A DNA stretch of 64,000 bases from Malacoraja senta. Lineage: Eukaryota. The DNA lies in contig JAXLNO010000385.1 in NCBI GenBank assembly GCA_038087875.1, positions 992,001-1,056,000 on the forward strand, given 5' to 3'. This document shows positions 1-14,683 of the stretch, piece by piece. Every line of letters begins with the position of its first letter. Positions within the stretch are counted from its first letter, which is position 1. A program made the translations under genes and the position numbers. Under the pieces are notes generated by a model, which saw only the letters and a list, made by a program, of their open reading frames with translations, was not told the origin of the DNA and did no database searches.

Positions 1-3000
1 TCGTTTGAGTTCGAGTTCAAGTTCGAGATAGAGTTCGAGTTCGAGTTCGAGTTCGAGTTGAATGAATGAATGAATGGATGAATGAATGAATGAATACGTT
101 TATTGGCCAAGTATTCACATACAAGGAATTTGCCTTGGTGCTCCGCCCGTAAGTCGAAATCCAACTCGAGTTCGAGATCGAATCGAGCTCGAGTTCGAGA
201 TAGATTTCGAGTTCGAGATAGAGTTCGAGGTCGAGATAGAGTTCGAGTTTGAATTCGAGTTTTAGCTAGAGATAGAGTTCGAGTTCAAGATGGAGTTCGT
301 GTTCAAGATAGAGTTCCAGTTCGAGATCGAGTTTTAGATCGAGTTCGCGTTCGAGATAGATCGAGATAGAGTTCGAGTTCGAATTCGAGTTCGAGTTCGG
401 GATAGAATTCCAGTTCGAGTTCGAGATAGAATTCGAGTTCGAGTTCGTTCGAGCTCGAGTTCGAGTTAATTGAATGAAATATTGTATAATTTTATTGACT
501 AAGTATTCACCAAGTTTATTGGGCAAGATTTATGCCTTGGTTCTCCGCCCGAAAGTCGAACCCGAACTCGAGTTCCCGATAGTTCGAGTTCGAGATAGGG
601 TTCGAGATTAAGATCGAGATCGAGGTCGAGTTCGAGTTCGAGAGAGAGTTCGAGATAGATTTCGAGATAAATTTCGAGTTCGAAATAGAGCTCGAGTTCG
701 AGATTGAGTTCGACTTCGAGATAGAGTTCGAGATCGAGATAGAGATCGAGATCGAGTTCGAGTTAGAGAGAGAGTTCCATATAGAGTTCGAGTTCAAGAT
801 AGTTCGAGTTCGAGTTCAAGATAGAGCTCGTTCGAGTTCGAGTTCGCGTTCGAGATAGTTCGAGATAGAGTTCGAGATAGAGTTCGAGTTCAAATTCAAG
901 TTTTATCTAGAAATAGAGTTCGAGTTCAAGATAGATTTCGAGTTCGAGTTCAAGATAAAGTTCGAGTTCTAGATCGAGATCGAGTTTGAGATCGTGTTCG
1001 CGTTCGAGATATTTCGAGATAGAGTTCGTGATAGAGTTGAAGTTCGAGAGAGAGTTCGAGATATTTCGGCTTCGAGATAAGTGTTCGAGTACGAGATAGT
1101 TCGAGTTCGAGATAGAGTACGAGTTCGAGTTCGAGATTTAGTTAGAGATAGAGAGAGATAGTTCGAGAGTGAGTTCGAGAGAGAGTTCGAGATATATTTC
1201 GAGATAGATTTCGAGTTCGAGAGAGAGTTAGAGTTCGAGATAGAGTTCGAGTTCGAGATTGAGTTCGAGTTCGAGCGACAAAGTGTTCGAACTAGAGATA
1301 GTTCGAGTTCAAGATAGAGTTCGAGTTCAAGTTCGAATTCGAGTTCCAGATCGAGATCGAGTTCGAGATAAAGTTCGTATTCGAGATAGTTCGAGATAGA
1401 GTTCGAGAGAGAGAGATTTCGAGATAGTTCGAGTTCGAGTTCGAGATAAGTTCGAGTTCGAGATAGACTACGAGTTCGAGTTCGAGTTATAGTTAGAGAG
1501 AGAGAGAGAGATATAGTTCGAGTTAGAATTCGAGTTAGTTCGAGATAGAATTCGAGTTCGAGTTCGTTCGAGCTCGAGTTCGAGTTGAATGAATGAAAGA
1601 ATGTATAAGTTTATTGACTAAGTATTCACCAAGTTTATTGGCCAAGATAGTTGCCTTGGTGCTCCGCCCGAAAGTCGAACCCGAACTCGAGTTCCAGATA
1701 GAGTTCGAGTTCGAGATAGGGTTCGAGATCGAGATCGAGATCGAGATCGAGTTCGAGATCGAGAGAGAGTTCGAGATAGATTTCGAGATAAATTTCGAGT
1801 TCGAGATAGAGTTCGACTTCGAGATAGATTTCGAGATAAATTTCGAGTTCGAGATAGAGTTCGAGTTCGAGATAGTTCGAGTTCGAGATAGAGTTCGAGT
1901 TCGAGATAGAGTTCGAGATCGAGATAGAGATCGAGATCAAGATAGTGTTCGAGTTCGAGTTCGAGATCGAGTTGCGTTCGAGATAGTTCGAGATAGAGTT
2001 CGAGATAGAGTTCGAGTTCGAGAAAAGAGTTCGAGTTCGAGATAGAGTACGTGTTCGAGTTCGAGAGAGAGAGTTCGAGAGAGAGTTCGAGTTGAATGAA
2101 TGAATGAATGAATGAATGAATGAATGAATGAATAAGTTTATTGGCCAAGTATTCACAAACAAGGAATTTGCCTTGGTGCTCCGCCCGTAAGTCGAAATCC
2201 AACTCGAGTTCGAGATAGATTTCGAGTTCGAGTTCGAGATAGATTTCGAGTTCGAGATAAAGTTCGAGGTCGGAATAGTTCGAATTCGAATTCGAGTTTT
2301 AGCTAGAGATAGAGTTCGAGTTCAAGACAGATTTTGAGTTCGAGTTCAAGATAGAGTTCGAGTTCGAGAACGAGATCGAGTTTGAGATCGAGCGCGTTTG
2401 AGATAGTTCGAGATAGAGTTCGAGATAGTTCAAGTTCGAGAGAGCGTTCGAGATATTTCGAATTCGAGTTCGAGATAGAGTACGAGTTCGAGTTTTAGTT
2501 AGAGAGAGAGAGAGAGAGCGAGTTCAAGATAGAGGTCGAGTTCAAGTTGGAGTTGGAGTTCGAGTTGGAGTTCGAGTTAAATGAATGTCTGAATGAATGA
2601 ATACGTTTATTGGCCAATTATTCACATACAAGGAATTTGCCTTGGTGCTCCGCCGGTAACTCGAACTCCAACTCGAGTTCGAGATCGAATTCGAGTTCGG
2701 GTTCGAGATAGACTTCGAGTTCCAGATAGAGTTCGAGGCCGAGATATTTTGTTCGAATTCGAGTTTTAGCTGGAGATAGAGTTCGATTTCAAGATAGAGC
2801 GAGTTCGCGTTCGAGATAGTTCGGGATAGTTCGAGATAAGAGGTCGAGTTCGAGAGAGTTCGAGTTCGAGATGAAGTACGAGTTCGAGATCGAGTTCGAG
2901 ATAAAGTACGAGTTCGAGATCGAGTTCGATTCGAGTTGACTGAATGAATGAATGAAGGTATGAATTAATAAGTTTATTGGCCATGTATTCACATACAAGG

Positions 3001-4304
3001 AATTTGCCTTGATGCTCCGCCCGCAAGTCGAACTCGAACTCGAGTTTGAGATCGTGTTCGAGATGGAGATAGAATTCGTTCGAGATAGAGTTCGTGATAG
3101 AGTTCGAGTTCGAGTTCGAGTTCAAGTTTGAGCTCGAGTTCGTGTTAAATGAATGAATGAATGAATGAATGAATAAGTTTATTGGCAAAGTATTCACATA
3201 CTAGGTGTTTGCCTTGGTGCTCCGTCCGTAAGTCGAAATCCAACTCGGGTTCGAGATCGAATTCGAGTTCGAGTTCGAGATAGATTTCGAGTTCGAGATA
3301 AAGTTCGATGTCGAGATAGTTCGAGTTCGGATTCGAGTTTTAGTTGGAGATAGTTCGAGTTCAAGATAGAGTTCGAGTTCGATTTCAAGATAAAGTTTGA
3401 GTTCGAGATCGAGTTTGAGATAGTTTGAGATCGAGTTCGCGTTCGAGAGAGTTCGAGATAGTTCGAGATAGAGTTCCAGTTCGAATTCGAGTTCGAGTTC
3501 GAGATAGAGTTCGAGATAGAGTTCAAGATAGAGTTCGAGTTCGAATTCGAGTTCGAGATAGAGTTCGAATTCGAGTTCGAGATCGAGATCGTGTTCGATA
3601 TAGAATTCGAGTTCGAGTTCAAGTTCGAGCTCGAGTTCGAGTTGAATGAATGAATGAATGAATAAGTTTATTGGCCAAGTATTCACAAACAAGGAATTTG
3701 CCTTGGTGCTCCGCATGCAAGTAGAAATCAACCTCGAAATCGAGATGGAATTCGCGTTCGAGAGAGTTCGAGTTCGAGTTCGAAATAGAGTTCGACTTCG
3801 AGATAGTTCGAGTTAGAGATCGAGTTCGAGTTATAGTTCGGGTTCGAATTCGAGTACGAGTTCGAGATCGAGTTCGAGATAGAGTTCGATTTCGAGATAG
3901 TTCGAGAGAATTCGAGTTCGAGTTCGAGTTCGATTTCGAGTTCGAGATAGAGTTCGAGGAAGAGTTCGAGTTGAATTTCGAGTTGGAGTTGGTTCGCGTT
4001 CGAGAGAGTTCGAGTTCGAGTTCGAGTTCGAGAGAGAGTTCGAGATAGAGTTCGAGTTCGAGTTCGAATTCCAGTTCGTGTTCGCGTTCGATTGAGAGTT
4101 CGTCATAGTTCGAGTTCGAGATCGAGTTCGAGATATAGTTGGAGTTCTAGTTGGGGAGTGATTTAGACATATAGTTCGAGAGAGTTAGAGTTCGAGATAG
4201 TGTTCGAGGTCGAGATAGAGTTCCTGAAAGAGTTCGAGATCGAGTTCGTTCGAGTTGGAATTGGAGTTGGAGTTCGAGATAGAGAGAGAGAACGAGTTCG
4301 AGAT
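1..4304 (+). repeat. GTTCGA/GATAGA hexamer satellite with (GAAT)n + conserved LINE-tail-like cassettes
   Basis: Tandem degenerate hexamers (gttcga, gataga, gatcga, gagaga). Cassette tttattggccaagtattcacatacaaggaatttgccttggtgctccgccc or a variant at ~97, 491, 1610, 2137, 2606, 2973, 3178, 3667. Confidence 0.95.
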
Positions 4305-5307
<1,003 letters not shown>

Positions 5308-5593
5308 AGTTAGTTAGTTCGAATTCGAGTTCGAGATAGAGTTCGAGTTCTGGTTCGAGTTCGAGTTCGCGCTCGAGTTCGAGTTCAGACTTCCGATGGC
5401 GCTATGGAGCACTGAAGGCGTCACATTGAGCTCCTCTCCGGCAACAACTGTTAAAAACCGTTAAAAAGCTGTTTTATAAATCAGTACCGATTTAAAAAAA
5501 AATCACCGGAGCTGCTTGGCGTTGCGCAAGGGTGACGTCATCAGAAGGCGACGCGAAAAACGGGAGTTTAACGCTAAAAATCGGGAATTTTAA

Positions 5594-6671
5594 ATGAGAA
5601 GAGAAAAAGGCTCACGAGCACCCAAGAAGAACACCATAAGTCTCCAACTCGAGAAAGTCTTGGATACTCTGCAAACGACAGAAGAAGGCTCACAAGGCTC
5701 AGAAGAAGAAGAATTCGACAGCCAAGGATCTCTGCTTGAAATAGCTGCAAAATGAGACAAGAAGGACAAGGAGGTAAAGCAAATGATTTTAGAAATGGCT
5801 GCTACAATCAATGCTACACTGGAAAAGATCCAGCGTATGGAGTCTAATATGGAGAGTAATAAGCAGAGTATCGAGACTAATATGGAGAGAATTTCTCAAA
5901 AAATGTATACAGCTTACGGTGAGTTAAAGGAGCTGAATAAACAACATAAGGAGGCTGATAAAAAATTAGATTTGCTAGACTCGCAAATGACTATAATAAG
6001 AAATTCACTGATGTTAAGGATAATATGGGAAAGCTGGATGAGTTAATGGAAGAGATGGAGAATGAAATGAATGTAATGGCCACTGAAATAAAGAGTTTGA
6101 AAAAATCACAAAAAACTGAAGAAGAAAAACGTTCAAATGACGGATAAATGTCTGGACTTGGAAGCAAGGTCGAGAAGGCAGAATTTGAGAATTGTTGGAG
6201 TGAGAAGGACGAGAGGGTCATGGATCTCAAACATGTACTTTTGTTACTGAGTTACTCAAAGATGTTTTTGAACTGCCGGGAGCACCAAGAATAGATGTCG
6301 CTCACAGAGTTGGACGTGTTTCAAGAGAGGCAAATGCTCCTCCAAGACAGATAATTGTGAAATTCTTCGATATCTCTTCAGTGGAATTTGTATTGAAAAA
6401 AATTACTCATGGGGTGACTCTGACATGTCGTGGGGATAATATTCGATTTTTCCGGCATTACCCCCTGGAGGTCGTCCAGAGAAGGACCTTGTTTACACAG
6501 ACAAGAAATATTCTGAAAGGGATACGCGATGTGAGATATGGAATTGTTTATCCAGCTAAAATAAAGATTACTCATAATGGCACTGTACGCTCGTTCACAG
6601 ACCCCGAAAAAGCTTTTAAATGTGCAGAGGATATCGTAAAGAAAACATCTGGTGAAGTGGATGAAGAATGA
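5594..6671 (+). pseudogene. L1 ORF1p, disrupted
   Basis: Coiled-coil-like fragment (5783-6046) and RRM/CTD-like fragment IRFFRHYPLEVVQRR...YGIVYPAKIKITHNG...FTDPEKA (6357-6671). Stops and frameshifts lie between them. Confidence 0.8.
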
Positions 6672-7661
6672 TCTGTTTGGAATGTGTTTGGGAGAGTACT
6701 GTCTATATTTCACCTTGAATGAAAAGCTTAAAGATAAACAAAAGACGTTGAAGACACAGAATTAATGAGGGAATGTATAATGGACATGGAACAACATGGG
6801 ATATGAAATCTGCTGATTTAAGAAGATTTTTAATTATTATACTCCAATTATAAATAATTAACGACTTTAACAAATATAACAATACTAATTATTTGTGAAT
6901 GTATGTAGTAAATATGAATCAATCATGAGAGGGGGAAGGAGATAATGGGAGTGTATATAATTATGATTTAAGTCACTAAAACATCTATAACACTACTAAC
7001 ATACCTTTTTTGTTGTTGTGTGGGTAGGAGTTAGTTGCAGCATATAACTGGAAGAGATCCTGTAGTGAGGTTTTGTTTAACCCCTTGGTACCTGTTTGTA
7101 TCTGTAAGAATTCTGGGTGGATATACATGGTAACGCTTAGACTAGATTAAGGTTAGATAAATTGGAAGGGCATATATACTTATAAAATTGAACTTAGGTT
7201 GTGTTTTATATTCTTTTTTTTTTCTTTTTTTATGTCTCCGTTTGATTTTTTTTGTTAATTTTTTTCGGTTTTTATTGGTGCTGGTTTGATAAATTTATAT
7301 AAGCAAAGATAAAATATGTAACGGTCTGTAGCTTTTTATGAGGATCTATTAAGGAGTTGGAGCTCAATGTATAACAACATCAACGGAAGTCTATACATTT
7401 TTCGCCACCTTAGGTGGCCATTCGTCTTAAAGATAGCTTTTCTTAGATATCTTAAGAGCACTTTTTTTTCACTATAAAGACTTTTATTCGCTCACTTTTT
7501 TTGTAATCAATTTTATATCACATCTTTCTTTTCTTTTGCAAAGGCACTACACAAGAAGGAGATGCTATATAAATCTAAACATTTGGCATTACCACCCAAC
7601 ACCCAGAACTCTGAGGTATTTGGTTGCACCATATGATTCAGGAATACTATTTTGATATATA

Positions 7662-10600
7662 ATGCAAGACGATAGACAAATAAAGAATGGAGGAATTACA
7701 TTCTGTAGTTGTAATATAAGGGGTGCGAATGAACCAATTAAGAGGGGTAACATTTTTGCTCTACTAAAATCTATGAACAGCGACATAATGTTTTTACAGG
7801 AAACTCACATGAAACAACAAACACAAATGAGGTTAAAGGCGAAGTGGATAGGTCAAACATATTATTCGTCATTTACTTCTAAATCTAGAGGTACGGCTAT
7901 TCTTATCCGAAAAGGTATACCTTTTAAATTAAAGAACACTATATCAGATAAAGAGGGAAGGTATATTATAGTTTCGGGAGAAATTTATGCAACCCCACTA
8001 ACTATGATAAATATTTACGCTCCGTACTTTGACAACCCCAAACTTTTTGATAAAATTATAGATATATCAGAGTTTAATTATCAGAATGTGATAAAAGGAG
8101 GGGACCAATTGTGTTTTAGATCCGTATCTAGACAAATCAGTAAAACAAAAGAGGAGTAATTTAAAATCTAAGACTAGTGAACTTTTAAATACATATATAA
8201 AAAATACTAATATAATAGATGTATGGAGATCTGCTAATCCAGCTGGAAGGGAATACTCGTTTTACTCTTCGGTACATAAAACTTATTCAAGAATTGATTA
8301 TTTTTTAGTGGATATGAAATTAATGCCATATACAATTAATCCAACGTACCACATTAGTAGTATTTCTGATCACTCTCCACTGACATTTTCAGTAAAATTC
8401 GAGGGAATGCTGGGTAAAAAAAATTTCGGAGGTTTAAATGACATACAAGGTTATCGATATTTAAAACAACAAATGAAACTTTTTTTTGATACAAATGATA
8501 TGCCAGGTTCCTCGTCTTCTTTATTATGGGAAACATTTAAGGCATTTATTAGAGGAATTATAATTTCATACGAAATTTTTCAAAATAAAAAGAATAAGAC
8601 AGAACAAATGTTGCTAGAACAAGAAATTAGACAGTTAGTTAGATAATGCTAAAGACTCCACTATAGATAAACATAATAAGATAATATTACTGAAATTTAA
8701 ACTTAATCGAATTCTATCGGCAAGACTAATAAGATTATTCCAAATTACAAAACAGGAACATTTTGAGTTTGGTGACAAACCACATAAGCTTTTAGCTCGT
8801 CAACTGGAAAACAAGAAAAATAAAATACTATAAATAAAATTAAATCAGAGAAAGGTGAATTACTAATACTATCTAAAGATATTAATAAAAGATTTGATCA
8901 ATTTTATCAAAATGTATATACATCAAAAACTAAAATAGAAGATAGTAAAATCAAGAAATTTTTAGATAATTGTAATCTTCCAAAACTTGACCTTTTGGAA
9001 CAAGAGGAACTTGGAGCTTAAATTACAATCGAAGAAATAGGTGAAACAATAAAATCGTTGACAAATGGTAAGACAGCGGGACCAGACGGTTTTAGCAATG
9101 AATTTTATTTAAAAAATCATGAGAAAACGACTCCTTATTTATTTAATTTATATACTCACGCTTTTAAAGAAAATAAACTACCTGAAAGATTAGCAGAATC
9201 AACTATTACGCTTATTCCAAAAAAAGATAAAGATTTAGAGGATCCGGGCTCGTATAGAGCTATATCACTTTTAAATACAGACCAGAGAATTCTTGCAAAG
9301 ACTTTAGTAAGAAGACTAAGCAAATATATTAGTAAATTGATAAACCCTGATCAATACCCAAAAGATATTCATTTAATAATTTGCGACGCCTGTTTAATAT
9401 AATGTACTCAGATAAAGTGGAGGAAGAAGATATATCAATTATTTCTCTGGATGCAGAGAAAGCATTTGATCAGGTAGAATTGCAGTATTTATACAAAGTA
9501 TTGCAAAAAAATTAATATGGGAGAGAATTTTATTACATGGGTAAAATTATTATATGATAAACCGATGGCAAGAATATTAACTAATAATATGTTATCTCAA
9601 AAATTTCAATTATCAAGGGGTAATAGGCGTTATAACCCCTGCTATTTGCCCTTATGATAGAACCTTTGGCTGAAAGTATAAGGTCATCCGAATATTCAGG
9701 GTTATAATACTAGGGACTCAAATAAGAAAATTTCATTATATGCAGACGATATTCTTTTATATATTACAAAATCACAAACGAGCATTTCAAATTTATTAAA
9801 CTTAATAGAGGAATTTGGGTCCTTTTCTGGATATAGAATAAATTGGAATAAAAGTGAAATCATGACGTTAAAACCTCAAGAATCTACACACTTACTGAAG
9901 TTCCCCTTTAAAACAGCAACAGAAAAATTTAAATATTTGGGTAATCAGATTACTGGAAAATATAAAGCATTATTCAATGCTAATTTTATACCTTTATTAA
10001 ACAAATGTTATACCTTTATTAAATATACTGATTAAATTTTGGAGAACACTTCCTTTATCATTAATAGGTAGAATAAATGCTATAAAAATGATCTTTCTAC
10101 CACAACTATTATACCTATTTCAGTCTATACCAGTATATATACCAAAATATTAAAAAAAAAATGAGACTCTATTATTACTAATTTTACTTGGGATTATAAA
10201 TCACATAGAATTTAAAAAAAACGTATTTAAACCAAAAGATGTCGGGGGACTTTCACTCCAGAATTTTCTGTATTATTATTCGTCAGTGCATATTAAGAAT
10301 ATAATTTACTGGTTGGACAGTTCTACCAACAGACAGAATGGATAAAAATGGAGAAAGAAGATTGTTTTCCTTGTAATATAGGAACGATCCTCTTCTCCCC
10401 GAAAAAACTGAACAATACAATATATAAGAAGAACCTAATTATACATGATACAATAAGAATATGGAAACAAATAAAATTATCCTTAAAATTAAGAAATTTA
10501 TCATTGTTGATACCAATAGCGAATAATCCTTTATTTAAACCATCTCTTATTGACAAAACATATAATCAATGGGAAAGTTTAGGAATTAAAAGGATCGGGG

Positions 10601-11438
10601 ATATGTATGAAATGGGAAATGTATTATCATTTCAACAATTACAATTAAAATTTAAATTGAAAAACAACCATTATTTTAAATATTTTCAGATTTGCGATTT
10701 CACGAAGAAATACATACAAGGATATCAAAAAATAAGTCCTGATTTATTGGAAGAAGCAATGAATATTGAAGCTGACGCACAAAAATTAATATCATATTTA
10801 TATAATAGTATTTTAAATATAGACCTACCATCGACAGAGGTACTTAGAGAAGAGTGGGAACGGGAATTAATGATAAAAAATTACGAAGGTTAAATGGGAA
10901 AAGTATTTGATATACATTCACAAATGTTCGATTAATGGAAGACATAATCTAATTCAATTTAAAATTTTACATAGATTATATTATTCAAAAAGAAGATTAA
11001 ATAAATTCTATCCAAATATATCCCCCATTTGCTATAAGTGTTTAACCCAAAACGCAACTATAACACACTCTTTTGTTTCCTGCATAAAACTTTATAGATT
11101 CTGGAGTGATATTTTCGAAATATTTACAAAATTATTTAAGATAAAAATGGAACCTAATAATGAATTGATTATATTTGGGGTAATGGGAGATGGGAATAAA
11201 TTGAATTCATCTCAAAATTTATTTTTTAATTATGGTTTAATTATAGCAAAAAAAAATAATACTTAAATTTTGGAAAAATACACCAATACCAACGCTCAAA
11301 ATGTGGATTGCAAGTATGTTGGACACCGCACATCTTGACGAAATGCGATTCCTCCTAATAGATAAATCTGACCAATTCATAACGAGTTGGTCTCCATTTG
11401 ACGTCATTTTGGAATCATATGGTGAAACACAATTGTAA
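7662..11438 (+). pseudogene. L1 ORF2p (APE endonuclease, reverse transcriptase, C-terminal Cys/His), disrupted
   Basis: CNIRG, FLQETH, SRIDYF and SDHSPL (APE). GPDGF, YRAISLLN and YADD at 9739-9750 (RT). CYKC...HSFVSC (10907-11266). Many frameshifts. Confidence 0.92.
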
Positions 11439-11756
11439 AAGCTAACTGTCTCGTGACTGGGCGAGGGATGGTCAAGATTATAAATAAGATATCCTTACTT
11501 CTTTTTTCTTTTTCTTCATTTTTTCTTTTACTCTCTTCTTCCTATTTTCTACTCTTTAACTTTCTTCTTTCATTCTCTATTCTTCTTCTCCACACTATAT
11601 ATCTCACGTTTTTCTATACTTTATTATCTAATTTATTTTTATTTTTCTTCTTTACTACAATAAAAAAAATAAGAAGCTGTACATAACATGTATTATGAAA
11701 ATATGATTGTATACAATTGTACTTACTTCTAATAAAATTAAAATATTTAAAAAAAA

Positions 11757-12667
11757 GAATTCGAGTTCGAGTTCGCTTTCGAGTTCGAGATAGAGTTCGT
11801 GAAAGAGTTCGAGTTCAATTTCAAGTTGGAGTTGGAGTTGGTTCGCGTTCGAGAGAGTTCGAGTTCGAGTTCGAGTTCGAGAGAGAGAGAGAGAGTTCGA
11901 GTTTGAATTCGAGAGAGAGTTCGAGTTCGAGTTCGAGTTGACGGAATGCATGAATGAATGAATGAATGTGTATTGGCCAAGTTTTCTCGTACAAAGAGTT
12001 TGCCTTGGTGCTCCGCCCGTAAGTCGAAATCCAACTCTAGTTCGAGATCGAATTCGAATTCGAATTCGAGTTCGAGATAGATTTCGAGTTCGAGATCAAG
12101 TTCGAGGTCGAGATAGTTCGAGTTCGAATTCGAGTTTTAGCTGGAGATAGAGTTCGAGTTCAAGATAGAGTTCGAGTTCAAGATAAAGTTCGAGATCGAG
12201 ATCGAGTTTGATATCGAGTTCGCGTTCGAGATAGTTCGAGATAGAGTTCAAGTTCGAGAGAGAGTTCGAGTTATTTCGAGTTCGAGATAAGAGTTCGAGT
12301 TCGAGTTCTAGTTTTAGTTAGAGAGAGAGTTCGAGATAGAGTTCGAGAGAGAGTTGGAGAGAGAGTTCGAGATAGATTTCGAGATAGATTTCGAGTTCGA
12401 GAGAGAGTTAGAGTTCGCGATAGAGTTCGAGTTCATGATAGATTTCGATTTCAAGTTCGAATTCGAGTTCGAGATCGAGTTCAAGATAGAGTTCGAGTTT
12501 GAGTTCGAGAGAGAGTTCGAGTTCGAGTTTACTGAATGCATGAATAAATGAATGAATAAGTTTATTGACCATGTATTCACATACAAGGAATTTGCCTTGA
12601 TGCTCCGCCCGCAAGTCGAGTTCGAGTTCGAGATATTCGTGATAGAGTTCGAGTTAGAGTTCGAGTT
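11757..12667 (+). repeat. Hexamer satellite block with 2 cassettes
   Basis: Same hexamers; cassettes at ~11968 and ~12560. Confidence 0.93.
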
Positions 12668-13933
12668 CAATAGACAATAGACAATAGGTGCAGGTGTAGG
12701 CCATTTGGCCCTTCGAGCCAGCACCGCCATTCAATGTGATCATGGCTGATTATCCCCAATCAGTACCCCGTCCCTGCCTTCTCCCAAAATCCCCTGACTC
12801 CGCTATTTTTAAGATCCCTATCTAGCTCTCTCTTGAAAGCATCCAAACAACCTGCCTCCACCGCCCTCTGAGGCAGAGAATTCCACGGACTCACCACTCT
12901 CTGTGAGAAAAAGCGTTGTATCGTCTCCGTTCTAAATGGCTTACTCCTTATTCTCAAACTGTGGTCCCTGGTTCAGGACTCCCCCAACACCGGGAACACG
13001 TGTCCTGCCTCTAGTGTGTCCAAGCCCTTAACAATCTTATATGTCTCAATGAGATCCCCTCTCATCCTTCTAAACTCCAAAGTGTACAGGCCCAGCTGCT
13101 CCATCCTGGGAATTAACCTTGTAAACCTACGCTGCACTCCCTCAATAACAAGAATGTCCTGCCTCAAATTAGGGGACCAAAACTACACACAATATTCCAG
13201 ATGTGGTCTCACTAGGGCTCTGTACTACTGCAGAAGGACCTCTTTGCTCCTATATTCGATTCCTCTTGTTATAAAGGCCAACATGCCATTCGCTTTCTTC
13301 ACTGCCTGCTGTACCTGCTTGTTTACTTTCATAGACTGGTGTACAAGGACCCCCAAATCCCGTTGTACTTCCTCTTTTCCCAACTTGACGCCATTTAGAT
13401 AGAAATCTGCCTTCCTGTTTTTGCTACCAATGTGGATAACCTCACATTTATCCGCATTAAACTTCATCTGCCATGCATCTGCCCACTCCCCAACCTGTCC
13501 AAGTCACCCTGCATTCTCATAGCATCCTTCTCCCAGTTCACACTGCCACCCAGCTTTGTATTCTCTGCAAATTTGCTGATGTTACTTTGAATCCCTTCAT
13601 CCAAATCATTGATGTATATTATAAATAGCTGAGGTCGCAGCACCGAGCCTTGCCGTACCCCACTAGTCACTGCCTGCCATTGTGAAAGAGACCCGTTAAT
13701 CCTTATTCTTTGTTTCCTGTCTCCCAACCACTTCTCTATTCATGTTAGCACTACCCCCAATACCAAGTGCCCTAATTTTGCCCACTAATCTCCTATGTGG
13801 CACCTTATCAAATGCTTTCTGAAAGTCCAGGTACACTACATCCACGGGCTCTCCCTTGTCCATTTTCCTAGTTACATCTTCAAAAAAAAATTCCAGTAGT
13901 TTAATCAAGCATGATTTCCCCTTCGTAAATCCA
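12668..13933 (-). mobile_element. CR1 LINE, 5'-truncated, (CTATTGT)n tail
   Basis: ORF pieces GFTKGKSCL, YLDFQKAFDKVPH, QGSVL, KFAEN (degenerate FADD), MKFNADKC and LEFRRMRGDLIETYK. The 3' UTR ends in short tandem repeats. Confidence 0.93.
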
Positions 13934-14053
13934 AGTTGGAGTTGGAGTTCGAGTTCGAGATTGATTTGAGGGTCGAGATAGAATTCGAGTTCGAGATAGT
14001 TCGAGTTAGAGTTCAAGTTCGAGCTCGAGTTCGAGTTAAATGAATGAATGAAT

Positions 14054-14683
14054 GAATGAATGATTGAATGAATGAATGAATGAATGAATGAATAGCGTTA
14101 TGGCTCTTTCTTACCTGTTTGCGGTCATCGGCGGTGAAGCGCGGCGTCGCCGGTAGCGGGGACCGCGCGGCAACGGCGAGAGCGCCGAGCCTATCCACGG
14201 GAGCGCCGCACGGATGCTGCGCGGGGGCCGAGTAATTCAAACACGGCGGGTCCCACGTGCTTGCGGTAAGTAAAAAAAAGGGCGGGCCGACTGCGATGAC
14301 GTCGGCCCGCCGCACGTGACTCTCTAGCGGCGGCTGTGGCGGCGGCCATCCTGATCGCGGCCCTGTAGCAGTGGCTGTGCCTGCGGCCGTGCCGCACACT
14401 TGCCTCACTGGCGGAGGCACGTGCCTCAATGGCGGAGGCTGTGGCAGTGGAGGTTTGACGCACGGCGCTCGAGCCACACTGGCGGCGGCCCGTGCGGGCG
14501 GCCGTGCCGCACTCGTGCATCACTAGTGGAGGTTCTGCATGAGTATATAGTTTTCGACATTGTCGGTTTTATTTTAGCACCGCACGGCCCCGGAATTGTA
14601 CGTTCTCACGAGTGCGCGGTCTATGGCGGCAGATTCTTCCCGTTTCGCCGACAATAACCGCAGACTCGTGAGACAGGCCTTTT
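14054..14683. other. Single-copy GC/CpG-rich insert; possibly one end of a PIF/Harbinger-like DNA transposon
   Basis: Very GC-rich with internal repeats (tggcggaggc, cggccgtgccgcac). The right end reads TAA-AAGGCCTGTCTCAC on the minus strand, resembling Harbinger termini with a TWA target. No matching second TIR is seen. Confidence 0.35.

Larger units (their letters stand above)
5388..11756 (+). mobile_element. Full-length but decayed L1-clade LINE (~6.4 kb)
   Basis: GC-rich 5' start gacttccgatggcg, ORF1 remnants, ~1-kb AT-rich spacer, ORF2 remnants, then AATAAA (11731) and A-rich tail to 11756. Confidence 0.92.

Noticed and set aside
1..4304. Telomeric or interstitial telomeric repeat
   Set aside because: TTCGAG differs from TTAGGG at two positions, and no TTAGGG runs are seen.
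14013..14657. GC-rich ORFs as a host gene
   Set aside because: Open frames on both strands are expected at this GC content, and there are no recognisable motifs.
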